A DNA stretch of 64,000 bases from Botryllus schlosseri (Eukaryota). Every line of letters begins with the position of its first letter. The first letter of the stretch is position 1. The position numbers were made by a program, and so were the translations under genes. Where the stretch lies: positions 14,882,001 to 14,946,000 of the forward strand of contig CM119372.1 of the NCBI GenBank assembly GCA_051294905.1. The letters run 5' to 3'. Positions 51,181 to 64,000 of the stretch are shown in pieces. The notes beneath the pieces are model-generated. The model made no database searches and was not told where the DNA came from. It saw only the letters and a program-made list of their open reading frames with translations.

Positions 51181-51731
51181 ACCAAGTTGCTGGAATCAAA
51201 CACTGTCCCTTGCTGTTATCGTTGCAATATGTGATTTATGTGTTTGAACCTATTCCGCCTTTTCCTTATTGGTGTACTGCTAGCGGTGAGTTGTGATGTT
51301 GCAGTATCGCACTGCAACGAATGTTGATTTCTTTGACAGTTTCAATATGGTGGTCGTTTGTTTATATATTGCTTAGATGTGATAATCCTTGAGACGTTCC
51401 TGGTGCATTCTGTTAGCGTATGCTTTGAAATACTCTGCCAAATCTTTTGCTCGCTCGGCTATCATTCTCCTGCCTCGTGGCTTTCGTGAATCGTGATAAC
51501 GATTTGATAGCAATATCGGTTTTAAGATACTGACGGTTGTCCCAAGTTAGGGAGTAGCAGTTTTATGGAGAAATTTTTGCAATTGTGTTGCTTTGTACTT
51601 CTATGGGCAATTTTGCGATCGAATGTTACTCCTTTGGTTGGTACAATTTTAAACGCTTGTAATCGAATCTAATCCACGGGTGTACCTTTTCATTAATTGT
51701 AGGTTCCTTTGCACATATTTAATGAAGTTAC

Positions 51732-54700
51732 ATGGAAAATAGACTTATCCCGCCGTCTCATTTTGATCCCGAAGAAAATCTAACAGATGAAGCGCCTTGG
51801 CATGGTGACGCGACGCCACAAGTCGCAGGAATTCAGTTTCTGCGGCCCCCCGAGCATTTCTCTCAGATTGCAGCTGGTGGCAACAGTAACGGACTACTGA
51901 ACATAGGACGAACGGCAAGAAGGTGCAATCCTGGAATCTATCCTGGTATGTTGACTAGAGAATCGAAGTGTACGTCTGTAATTTCTTTTCCCAGTTCGAT
52001 TCTGCTCGTATGAAGAAGCAAGGTTCCCTAACTCCAGGAGGGTTCATTTTTAGACTAGGCTAAGGCTGCATCGTGCATCTGCGCTTGAAAGATTTTGAAA
52101 CCAAAGCAGGTTAATTTCTGACGCATTATGTAAGGGTATTTGTAATGGATGGTATTTTAGGGAGGATATTTTTAAAGTTTATGGGAAAAGAGCTCTGAAA
52201 TACTTATACTTTTCAAAGACAGTGACTGAATGACTTGAATAGAATATTTCTGTGGCGGACTGAACAATCCTTACCAGTGAAACGAAATGATATAAATTTG
52301 CACCGGATCTGCGATCCATCATCTCTAGCGACATTCGCATTCAATATTTTCACCGCTCCTATGTTTGCAGATCAGTGCCGTCGTAATGTGGAAGGGTCAG
52401 GATGGGAGCAATATAATAGCCCGCGTTTCCATCAGCCTGTTTCACAGCCGGTTGGCTTGCCAGATGAATATTCCGAATTACTGAATCTGAAAAGCGAAAA
52501 CGACGCGTTACGATCCCTTCTGGAAAGCAAACAAAGAGAATTGAAACAAGAGGTAATCCCAATTGTTATGAACAGGCCAATTAATCGCAATGATTTTTCC
52601 GATTTCCTTCGATAGGTTTGCCACCAAATCTCCCCAAGAAATCAAATCCACGCTCATGAGGCAGTTGTTGAACACCAAACGCAGCATATTTCCCGTCTGC
52701 AGAAAGACTTGGACCAGCAAAAGTCAGAATTGGCTAAACGGTATGGTACTGGCGGAAATGCTTCATGTATTTTGCAAAATCCATTTTACTTCACGGACCG
52801 ATGCATCGAGTCATTTTCACCAGCTTTGTGGCTCAGAGCAGTTTTAGTAGTTGGTTAGTACACTGCCATCAGCGTGAGTAGCCTCGGTGCGAGTCTCGGC
52901 GGTGGCACATTTTGAAGTGTCGCAGATTTATCAGGTCTATTCCTCCCCTACGCCTCTGTTTTTGCGTCACCTACCCCACTGGTGGGTGAATACAAGGAAA
53001 TCGAATGAAAAAAAGCAAGGATAGATCAGTTGCATTGAGTTGAGGTGGATGTTGGATGGAGAGACCCTACTTGGTCGTTTCGACATCCTGTCTGTCCATT
53101 ACGTCGCTGAGGACGCTATAATTCTATACCGTTCCACCTGCGACTTGATATCCCTTCTTAGCCCTGACAACACCAGTCCAATCAACACACGCAGCAGAGT
53201 ATTCACTACATACCGGGTCATGGAGCCGACGATGTTTCATGCTGTCATGACGAGAGAGCAATTAAAACCAATTATACCCGGAAAAATGTTTGCACTAGTG
53301 AATGAATCGAAGTTCCAGATTATTTCGAACACTAGTGCTGCAGATGTAGACAACGAACACGCAATATCTAAAATATATACAAAAGTTTAACAATGTCAGA
53401 AGAACTATGAGAATCATCATTTTCAATAGTCACATTGCTTCTCATCTGTCTTGAGCGGAGGAAAATAATTAACCGCTGATTAAAGATTATGAATCTGTAC
53501 GATTCATCTGTGGTTGATTCCTAATGACACGTTTGAAATGTGACACGGATACTCCGTCTTCGTGTAATCATTATTCCATTTTGCACTCCCGCAGGGAAAA
53601 TGAATTGCTGCGATATGAAAGTGTTCTCGCCGGTAAAGACCGCGAAATCGGCGATATGAGGCAGGCCGCAGCGATAACGGCTGATAAACTCCGTCAAGCT
53701 GATAACGCCGCAGAAGCATTACATCAGGACATTTCCGAACTGCAAACCGAAATCGAGGAGTTGAAAGCGCAACACGTTCGCACTGTCAAAAGGTTCTCGT
53801 TCTTGCGGCCTTCTAGTCTTGTTTCTCTGTTCATTTTCATCCCTTTTGTCCAGTCACATGGAAAGCGTTCAAGGTTTACGCGGAGATTTCGAAGTAGACA
53901 AGGAGACTTTGAGACAGCTTTATCACAAACAAAATAGCGAGTCGCTCGAAAAACTGGAAGCCGAAAAGTCTAGGTTGTGTCAAGAAATGGCCGGTATGAC
54001 GCAACGACACGAAACGGAGGTGAGATTTACGAAAAATCGTTTGAATTTTGACTCCTATCAGCGCTACTAGGCGAGTACTCGGCAGTAACAGGATACCCTA
54101 TTTTGCTGAGGCACACGTCTCTAGTTGGTTGTCTTGTTTACACATGCTACTAGACTGCACTGATGAAATATCTTCCATCGATATCAAGATGGGTTTTAAA
54201 TTTTTGGACTCCTTCTCTCAACCCTACACCCTTTTTACTGAGGCACACATTATCTCTAGTTGGAAAAATTGCGTAAATCGCATATAAAGCGGGAATCAGA
54301 ATGGCAGGAAGAAGTGGAGGGATTGAAAGAAACTTTCCACCAGAAAAGCGATTTGCTGGACAAGGAAATGTGCGATTTGAGGTTAAAATGTTCCGGTCTC
54401 GAAGAGTCTCTGCGGCAGGAGATCCTTTCCAAAGAGGTAGGGATAATTGATGATTGTAAAAACTTAATTGAAGGCGGCAGCGAAATATACATGTCTTGAT
54501 GTTATTGGGAATGAGCAAATATCTATTATTACTGTCAATAGCCAATAAGCTAAGCCATATACTTCTGTCTTGGTCTGATTTCACGATTAGGGCGGGACAC
54601 AATGCTTCAAATATTTGTATCCGAATCGAGAATTAATTGTAGTAATTAAGAGTCAAATAGTAAGACACAATTATTTCGATAACTGATTTTATATCACTAA

Positions 54701-57700
54701 TCTTTATATTATCAACGAAAAATGTATTTTCGATACGTTTTTGCAACGGGGTAGCTTTTGAAACCTCGATTGTATCACAACGTCAAAAACATTTAGTAAA
54801 AAGCTATGCACATTTTGAGGAAATGACAATTCTGTGAAGTCATGATCAGCCCACACCCCACATCATTGTCAAAAAATGCGATGAAATAGGCGTGATCAGG
54901 CGCGTATCCAGAGCGCAAAAAAGGGGGGGGTTTTGCGATACGAAATTGGCTATTGTGACGTCATGATTACGATCACTCGTCTCCACACCATGGCGAATAT
55001 TTAATATATTATAGTTTAATAATAAACAGAGATTTGCGGTGAGTGGGAGATGTACGGATACGATACGGACATTGCCTGAAAATCGCGTTTCTTTTACGGT
55101 ATGATTGAAAGAAATTCGTAAATGCTCACATTTAGTCATGAGCCGGCAAACGCCGCCCGTCTTCAAGCGCCTAGTTCCGGTCAGAGATGCGCGATTTTGT
55201 TGGGTTTTGACGACATTTTGCGCACGGTCGGTAGTACCGCAGCGGACGAACAAGCGCGGAATAGGGCGGTAGCATAAACGAGGGCGATCGCGATCGCCAC
55301 AGAGAGGTGTGGTGTGAACAGTGTACGTCGTACACGAATGTGTGCTTTCGATGGCTTTACTAGCCATACGGCTGAGCGTGTAGTACGCGCGAAGATAATT
55401 AGACCTTAATTGCAAGCACGCAAGTCAGTCAACTAATACAGAGTACACACTGGGATAATAACTTGATCGACAGAGAAACTTGTCAGCCGATATAATTAGG
55501 TTAACTTTACTACTAGGCCTACTCAATTCTCCCGTTCAGAGACAACATAGCCCTGTATTTGGACGACAGCAAGCCACCTAACAATCGGGAACGTGGATTG
55601 CTAGGCTTGTATTTTGAAATGTGAATGTCAATCCTAGGCCATTTCTCGCCAATAATCGCGAATACAATGTGGGTTTGAGAATAGCATTGTCGTACTGGTG
55701 CCGTCGTGTCTGCGTCTGGCTGATCAATCAACACGCCGCGTGCAATTCTTAATTAGGATTTCAAGGCGAGCAGGTGCAGCGAATTCGCGAGCGATATTGA
55801 TTGCCGACAACTTCGTCTTTGCAATTACGTATCGCGTCGGCCAATTAGATTAGATTTTCCTAAAATGCGTCTCTCGTTTTAGCAAGGCGAGAGAGAAATC
55901 GAGGGAAGAAAGTTAAGAACGTCAGCAATTGCCACAGCTGAAATGCAGCTGAACAAGCGCAGAATTCGCATGGAATTAACGAATTATAATGACCTATTTT
56001 ATCCTTTCGACTAATTCGGCGCATAATTCCAATATTTTGTAGGGGTGTTAGTCCCTTAAATAACATTAAGACGCCATATTCGCCTTCACATACGTAAAAA
56101 CGAATATGTTAAACTAATAAATTAGCAAATATTAGAGGCTATATTTGACATCAATTTTTAGGATTTTGAAAAGGGGGGGGTTCCGACCCCCTAAAACCCC
56201 CCCCTGGATACGCCACTGGGCGTGATCAATGTAATGTCAAATTATATTTATGGGGTCCAGAACTAGAATTATTTTCTTTATGTTTGCAGGAAAGGTGCAT
56301 ATTTGAACTTACTACATGAAGCCTAATACTGCAATTCAGAACCGACTCACTGGATTAGGCCCAGCCCTCCATTCAATTTCAAAGTTACACAAATAATGAG
56401 CTCTGACAATGTATACTAATGAATGCAAAAGGATACTTGATGTAAGATAAATATGCCAAGGACAAGGGTTGACTTCTATTGTAGTTGAAGCCTTTTTCGA
56501 CGTTTTATCGGTTCAAGGTCTTGTGTTAGGAATGCACCCTCGCAAAGTAATTCCCTTGTCCGGAAATGGATTTTCAAGATTTCAGAAATAGTTATCGCAA
56601 GATCATTGGCCAATCGCTAGCTATACAAGAAAAGGAACAATCTCACACGTCACATTCATCTACCCGGCCATGCCACACAAATCTCTAATATTTACAGGCA
56701 CTGCAATCCGAATTGTCAGCTACAGCCGACAGGCTTGCCGCCAGCCTGGAAAATAGCGACCGGCATCTCGGCAGGGTGAATCAACTGCAAGCGTACATCA
56801 GCGGAATTCAGGCGGAAGACTACGAGCGATCTCAATGGAAGAACGAAAGGACGAAATATGAGGAGAATATCATTGTAATTATCCGGGCTTCTTAATGTCA
56901 TATGTGTGGAAGTAGAAGTGCTGCTGTGACCTTGCACTTTGATTGCAAATAGAAGTAGTACTTATACAACAAAATACTGCATGATATCTACAAGTTTTTG
57001 TGAGGCTATTGTTGGCGATTAGGTTTAGTGAGGCCAGATCATTGTAATTGACTTTCCGAGTAATGTACTATGCTCGGGTATGTCCACTTTATGCAATCGC
57101 CACCCTACCCGTACACTCCAAGAGTACAACTATTTCGTCGAGGGTGGGCAGCTGACCCCATTCCCATGTCAAACTGTCTGTTTGTGACGTGCCCGCGATG
57201 TCTTCAGGCGTTGCAAAGCGAGAAAGAAAGCCTGAACAAGACGATGGAGCTTCAAAACATCCGACTGCAGTCTATAACTAAAATTTTGACCACACAAGAA
57301 GAAGCGATCAACGCCAGCACGAAAGCGTTCACTACTGATTCGAAACCGTAAGCGGGCAATTGTTTGTCATTGATTTAACTGACTCCCACAGCTAATCAAA
57401 TACTACAGCTTTGCTACTCAGGTAAAAGTAGAAGTAATGCCATCATTTTCTACTCTATCACAATTAGAAGTAGCAATTTTCAAGACATGCCCAAACTACT
57501 TGGAAGTGTAAGAAGAAAGTGAGATGTCTGAGAACCAATCGGGTACCGTAGTGTAAAAGAGTGGATTTGGTCGAAGGGTCGCATATTTTTCCCGTTTAAT
57601 CGTAGGCGGCTACGTTCAACCTTGCAAGAGTGGTGTTCGTGACTAACACAAAATGACTAATGTCACTACGAGTAGGTACAATCTTCGGAAAAGTGTTCAT

Positions 57701-60700
57701 GTTCACTGTTCAGTCATAGGATCTATCTTGCTTGGTTCTTTTGACAATTTTACTCATGAAAGAGATTATCCCCAAACCACTCTCCACATCAAAATTATAG
57801 TGTCTGTTTGAGTTGAAGTGAAAGCAATTTATAAAATAAGTTGAGTGCTCCGAAAAAGTACAAGCACTTCGTTAATTTAAAATGTTAACCACTTTTGAGT
57901 CCAGAAAAGTTGGAGCAATTTGTCACAGGTCACCTACGAGAAGTCCAACTGTTATTTTCTCTCATCAAATAGAGGCGGCCTGACCTCGGCTGTGACGAGA
58001 CGGTGGCGGGAAAAAGTATTGGAACTGATGGTTCAGAATAAGTGCAACGAAATCAGCTTGACGCACACGAGAAACGAACACAAGGCCGAAGAGCGTGATC
58101 TCAGGGAGCAATTGGAAGGTAAGAAAGTCGTATTTGTGTGGCTCGGGCTTTTGGAAATGACGGTCTGTTTCAGACGAAAAGCGTGTCAGCGTCATACTGG
58201 AAAGTCAATTGACGGAAAGCAAGGCAGTGTTGGCGATGAGAGAAAGGGAATTGCAAGAGGCTGTGTCTCGTAGCGAAACGGCGAATGAGAAATTGGAGGC
58301 CACAAGACGCAGACTCTTGAATGCGGGTAATCACAGTGTGCTGCCTGGCTCGCTTTCAAAATAGCGAGTGTCATGATAGCAAGCTGTGCAAAGTAACCTA
58401 AACTAACCCCCTAACCTTACACCTATCCCTGACACTAGCAAAACTGACCCGGAACTTGACCCAACACCAAACCCTGTCCTTAACCACTGAATCCTAACAT
58501 TGATGCAAGGTCACCTGACCCCTAAACTGACGTAAGCTGAGCCTAAATCTAACTCATCCTTTTGAATAACTCGCAAATTTAAATGCCTCGATATTTTAGT
58601 TGGTACTGCGCTACATATCGTCGCCGTGGAATCGAAGTAGCTTATGTCTATTTTACTTATTTTGAGAAAATAAACTTTGTGTAAAGCTTTCATTTTCTTT
58701 CAGCCATATCTTGGCCTCGGTTATCTTTAAAGCAATGCGTCATACATAAACATGGTCAAGATAGGGCCGAAAAATATGAAAATTTTACAAAAACTGGATT
58801 TCCCACCAATTTGAATAATAGATCTCAAATTTTGAAAAAATGGACATAAGATGCTTTTGATTCCACCGAGTCGATATGTGCTGTGCAAATTAAAGAGAGC
58901 TATCTATTCAAAACTATTTTTGGTTGATGTTGGTTGTAGTTGGTGTTGGTTTCATTTGCTACGAACATCCACTTCTATGATATTTAATTGAACTGTTTTA
59001 CACTAATAAATACTGTTTTTAATCCCAACTGCTCTTAACTTATGTACGTTTTTCCCAAGATAGTATTTCTGCAGCTTTCTTTTGCTGCTGTGTAATTGTA
59101 ATTAAGGTTGGAGCTCTTCTTCCAGAGAACAGCACAGCATCTGTGATGGAGTGTGTTAAGAAATCAGTTGCTAGCCTCGATCAATTCAACCAAGCCTCGG
59201 CATCTGAAATGACTGAGAAATTAATACACATGGAGCAAAGACTGGTCTTCGCTACTAACAGGTTTGACATCGATGACCAATTCCTATTACCGTCGCTAAT
59301 CATTATTTGTCAATCTATACGAATTGGAATATTTTGTGTCTCTGAACCTCAATTGCCTTACCTGATCTTGATTGCTGTGTTTTATTTGACAGACTGAAGA
59401 CGCTTCAAGATCTCTATGCACGTCGCGAAAACATGTTGAAAGCCAAACTGACATGTAGACAACATTTGTCGAATGAAGATGAAGATAATCTTACCGGCAA
59501 TGAATCTTCTCCGACAGAGTATGAATTTTGGCTGCAAAGTGTGTGTGAAGAATTTATCATTGTGTCACCCGGGGCGTGGCATCCTAGTATCAAATGAATG
59601 AACGAAATCTAAAATCACTTCTAATCAGAGTTCAGATATCAACAACATTTGAGTACTTTTGATAAATTACAATGGCAATGCCCACTGCTGTAGAACTTAT
59701 ACTAATCCTTCCAGAAGAAATACGATATAATCCGATCCATTTATGGGTGTGGTGTGATATATAATTGATTACATTTATAGCCTCAAATATATCATGTGTA
59801 TTCCTATACTATCGCTTTGGCTACTTGCAGACTCGATCGAATTTCTCGTTCACTCATACAGCCACAAAATCGAACAACAAAGCAAAATATGAAATAGGCT
59901 ACACCAAACTCGCGTATTTTATGAATCACTGAACCCTGCCATCCATCGAAGTTAATACTCAACTTCGATTCGACTGCACGAATCATTGTGCACAGCCCGG
60001 CTTTCGTAACACTGTCGTTAACTTCCTTTTCAATTTTGCTCTCTACAATTTGTCCGCAGCCGTCCCGACCTGATTGCCGAGATAGACCGTCTGACGAAGG
60101 AACGAGATTCGTTGAGTCATAAACTAAGTGAGGACTCGGCACTATTCGATTCCGCCACGGCCCAATTCAAAACTCAGGAGACCAAGTTGCTTGCCGATAT
60201 CACAACGCTACAGCACGACGTTCAAAGCAAATCCGAGGTAATGCAGAGATGGACGCTTCTTTTGGTTTGTGACTCAGTTATTTCTTGGCAAATTCAAAGG
60301 AACTTGCGGAAATGCGGCTGACACTCTCCAATCTGGAGGAACGGGTGCAAGATAAAACCCAAGAAGCTTCCGATGCAGCAAGGGATTTGAGAGATTTTAT
60401 CCGTAATCGAGATAAAAGTATTGTTTCAAACATGGTGGGAATGTGTCGCTGTTAATTATAGATGACTATTTTGTTCAGCGATCGAAAGTAAACTGGAGGA
60501 GGCGTGGCAAAAATGGAACGAGGAAAGGCAGGCTCTACTTCAAAAGCTGGAAGAGTCACAGAGAGAACACGCGAGGACAGTCGTAAATTTCAGACAGAAC
60601 GAACGGTAATTTGGAGATTGGATTATTCCGAGAGTGAGAAGCGTGTGGTAACATTCGGTCTTGTAAGTGCCGATATGCTGCGAAGCCACGGATATCTAGA

Positions 60701-61461
60701 ACTCCTAGATGTGCTAAGCCGTATAATATAAATATAGATAAAAGCCTTCGTCTAGATTCCGATTTCACGGGCAACATGTTTGATGTGTGACATGTTTTTC
60801 CCATCATTATACTAAGAAGAAGCTCACTTCTTTCAAACCAGCAAGAGATCCTGTGTTCGATTCCTGCTGGTTGTATCCTGAGATTATACATTGTACATTG
60901 TACAATCATCTCAACTCATCCTGTCTCTGATATGTGTTCAATAACACCCATATCGATTTTCCCCATTACATTTTTACAGGATGGCTGTTCGGGACGCAAA
61001 ACGAGCAGACGAAAGGCTAACGGCCATCACGGCAGAACACAAAAAGGAATTCAGCGCCTTGAAGAATAAAGTAAAATCTTTGAAGGTTGACAATAACCTT
61101 CTTATGGTATCTATAAAGCGATGAAATTGTTTCGTCGATGATTGCGTTTTGCATTACGATATCATTTCAGACCACTTTACGACAGCAAGGTATAGTGAGT
61201 GCATACAAGGCGGCAAGAAAAGAAGCAAAAAAAAACGCTGATGTAAATCAAGCCTCACATTCCCGTGACAGTGTTGATTCCGTAACTCAAAAGAAGAGCG
61301 GCTCTCCAGAAAAGCTGTCAACGTCGTTTGAAGTAGATACCAGAGTAAGGAATGTACCTCATCACGCCAAGTCGAAGAGAGCAGTTTCAGATTCAAATAT
61401 GGAAGACATGTTAAAAGATCTGGTTGTTATGACGGAGAGCATTCTAAACGATTCTAACTAG
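51732..61461 (+). CDS. CCHCR1: Coiled-coil alpha-helical rod protein 1-like (HCR family), 17 exons, ~926 aa
   Basis: GT-AG exons: 51732-51945, 52371-52552, 52616-52740, 53595-53792, 53854-54019, 54260-54436, 56698-56874, 57208-57347, 57973-58118, 58174-58326, 59126-59261, 59393-59518, 60060-60237, 60300-60417, 60479-60605, 60980-61106, 61171-61461. They sum to 2781 nt in one frame. Motifs LIPPSHF, RWREKVLELMVQ, QREHARTVVNFRQ and DNNLLMTTL match CCHCR1 blocks as I recall them. Confidence 0.82.
54897..56218. mobile_element. Non-autonomous hAT element, 1.3 kb, in CCHCR1 intron 6
   Basis: TIR caggcgcgtatccag / ctggatacgccactg, with a perfect TSD ggcgtgat (54889-96, 56219-26). Confidence 0.88.
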
Positions 61462-64000
61462 CATAAATATGTGTAGTAGATCAATATATCAATTTATATA
61501 TACATACATGTAGGTATCAATTAACTGGGGCATTGTCTGGAATGATTTGACTACTCGGCAATGTTCATTTTGGGTGAAATTTCTGAAGTGAAGAAGGTGA
61601 TGTTGGATTGCTAAGTTTATTTTGCTCCGCTGACTATGCCTCTGCTAATTTAAATAGATTGCTGCACATTCTTCAATCAAATTACTAGATATGACTTCTT
61701 CCTCGGATGAGTGCTGCTTGTTTATGAAACTAGGCGAATATTTTTATACCTGACTCTTTCTGCTGCTGGTCCAAAATTTTTTGATTGATATTTGAAACGA
61801 ATTTTTTACAATACAAGGTATTTTTATAGCTGTGTTCGGATAATTCCGATGCATTGCATTGCAATGTTGTATTTGCTTGACGACGTGGATGGTAATTAGC
61901 TTGGTTGCGCCCTGAGCAGCATTCTAAGGTTACGTTATTGTCGGGGCAGATCAAGTCACGTGGCTGCGACACCGGCGCGTGCGGAAAGCTCTTTCGTTGA
62001 TCAAGGGCGCGATTTAATTGGCCGGAACTTGATGTGACGTCAGGAGCTTTCAGCTATTTTTTCTGGGTTTGCAATCCTGCTCATGGCATTTATACATTCA
62101 TATGCGCATAAGCGGCCATGAGAGTTGGGCTACTGCGGAGCTGCAATAATGGTAACGCATCTTATTCAAAAGACAGTATACGCATATCTATTCATCGTCA
62201 AGGGTAGGATATGCCGTTATACAAATTGAGAAGCTCGGATGAGCAAATTGTAAACGGTTAGATCAGGTTCAAGTAGACCGAATGGGATAGGTGATACGGA
62301 GATGACATATTTCTAGGGAAAAGGAAAACGCATCCCATTTATGCATTCCGCGCAGTGCCTGATATCGTCGCATATCATCGGTATACCACGATATTTTGTT
62401 GATGTAGTTTCCCATCAAGCAAATTGTAAATATCTTTTAATCGACTTTTAGCGTGTATTTGAGGGATTCTATGAAAATTGATTCTTAGTGAGAAGTGCTT
62501 GAATCAGTCGGTTTGGAAGGGCGCAGCTACAGAATATGTTGTTTACATTAACTTAGTTTGATAGCGACGCAGACAAGACAGCAAATGTGGTATCATCGAG
62601 ATTGATGAGTTAACTAATGGTGGCCATGCTTATTTTGAATGTTACTCAATGACTCAATCGTGTTCAGCAATTATTAATCATCTTCCACTGACTTGCTTCC
62701 TCGTCTTCACTTCAGGCAAACTTGAACGGATATTACAATGAGCCATATTTTTATGGATTCGGTAATATATATCTTATTAAATAACGTAAGAAACCAGGCA
62801 TAGTTTAGCAGTAAATTTTCTTAGACTAAATATTTATTCTAAACTGATACGTTGTAACCTCCTACATGTGACCCTTGATTGAAAAGGTTAAAACGTTAGA
62901 AAAATGGGAACCAAGAATGCTGTTTCGTCATCGAATAAGCGCGAGCGGACTGGTCACTGGTTTCGAGGCTTCGTGCTTCGTCGCTTCGGGGTTGACTTGA
63001 CGCATGGTGTGTTTTCAATATTCGTTGATTTGCGTGACGTTTGATCTTGCGAGTGCAAACTGTAGCGAAATTTGGCAATGTTGATGCATCTTTTCAGGAG
63101 CGGTTATAAATGCTTCTCGGCTCTATGTAGCTCTTGAAAGTCAGATGAACTTCCTTTTGACGGTGTGCTTACCCGGTGAATTGTTGGTGCTGGTAATACC
63201 TTTTTTCTTTTTTCTGTAGCTGATTGATTGATTAAGATGGAAGAGCTAATTAACTGGTTGGAAATACGTATTACTCATTTGTCCATTTAGTAGCGATATC
63301 GCATTTTGTGTGTGCCTTGTTCAGATGAGAATATAATCTGACGATTATTGGTAGTTGCATAATAAGAATATGATTTGAGTGAACTTCTCATGATGGGTGG
63401 TGTGTTATTGTGTTACTACATTACTAATTCGATGTTGCAGCTTACCTATAGTAATCCTGCTACAGGTATAGTTGTGTTATTATGTTTGCTTCATAGCGTA
63501 AAACTTGGTGTCAACAAGTTGGAGCGATTGCTGTTTGTTTGTTAAGTCTTGTTATGTTAATTTAATTTATACGGCATGCACATTAATGATGAAATAATTC
63601 TCTCGGTCTAAATCAATCTCCGATTAAATAATTGGCCAACAATCTGATTTATTTGGATACGGTAGGATTTACCAAAATGAATTTTTTATATAAGATTTAT
63701 TGATCCCTCTTGTGCTTTTTATCTTCGGCCCTGTGCCTATGAAGGTGGAAGTTACTTCCTCTAAGGACAAATCATATCTATGTCTGTTGTGAACCGTAAG
63801 TAAGTAATATAATTGTCAATTTCATACTGTGCCTCCTACTTTAGGCCTACCGTACTAATAATCATTTGTATGACATTTTAAATCACAAAATTACTGGGTG
63901 TTTTACTTCATCACCTACATAACTCCTATACTTGTAATAAGCTGTTACACTGGATACTCAATTAACTCAATTTATTATTGACATGCCAACATGCATGTAA

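Noticed and set aside
52840..53010. Additional tRNA/SINE in CCHCR1 intron 3
   Set aside because: Only degenerate A/B-box-like strings are present, with no TSD or second copy in the window. It is possibly an old SINE but unsupported.
54846..55415. 189-aa ORF as a gene or transposase
   Set aside because: It has no recognisable motifs and lies almost entirely within a non-autonomous hAT element, crossing its boundary.
61462..64000. Further gene downstream of CCHCR1
   Set aside because: Only short ORFs without motifs and isolated splice-like signals were seen, with no consistent exon chain.

Overview
This is eukaryotic animal genomic DNA with GT-AG introns, many of them only 50-70 bp, and dense MITE and SINE content. 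An invertebrate chordate such as an ascidian is my guess; the sequence alone does not prove it. Four host genes can be read directly: a complete 27-exon ABCB1/P-glycoprotein-type full ABC transporter (minus, 4354-24130, ~1306 aa), a single-ORF 7-finger C2H2 protein, a DAP1 homologue, and a 17-exon CCHCR1-like coiled-coil gene (~926 aa). The most notable accessory element sits in ABCB1 intron 2. It is a young, internally deleted Penelope-like retroelement arranged as a 597-bp inverted repeat, and each arm ends in a minimal type I hammerhead ribozyme. The ribozyme loop II can pseudoknot with the 5' flank, and a third, diverged copy carries a compensatory base-pair change in that pairing. The window also holds a decayed Kolobok transposon (TTAA TSD, THAP/DDE plus a convergent KolX/P2X7-C-like ORF), an unexplained ~3.8-kb decayed ORF ending in a mucin-like stalk and TM helix, a possible DAP1-CCHCR1 spliced bicistronic or operon arrangement, and many hAT MITEs with 8-bp TSDs and tRNA-derived SINEs. 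No rRNA, bona fide tRNA or CRISPR array was found. All coordinates were read by eye and may be off by a few bases.
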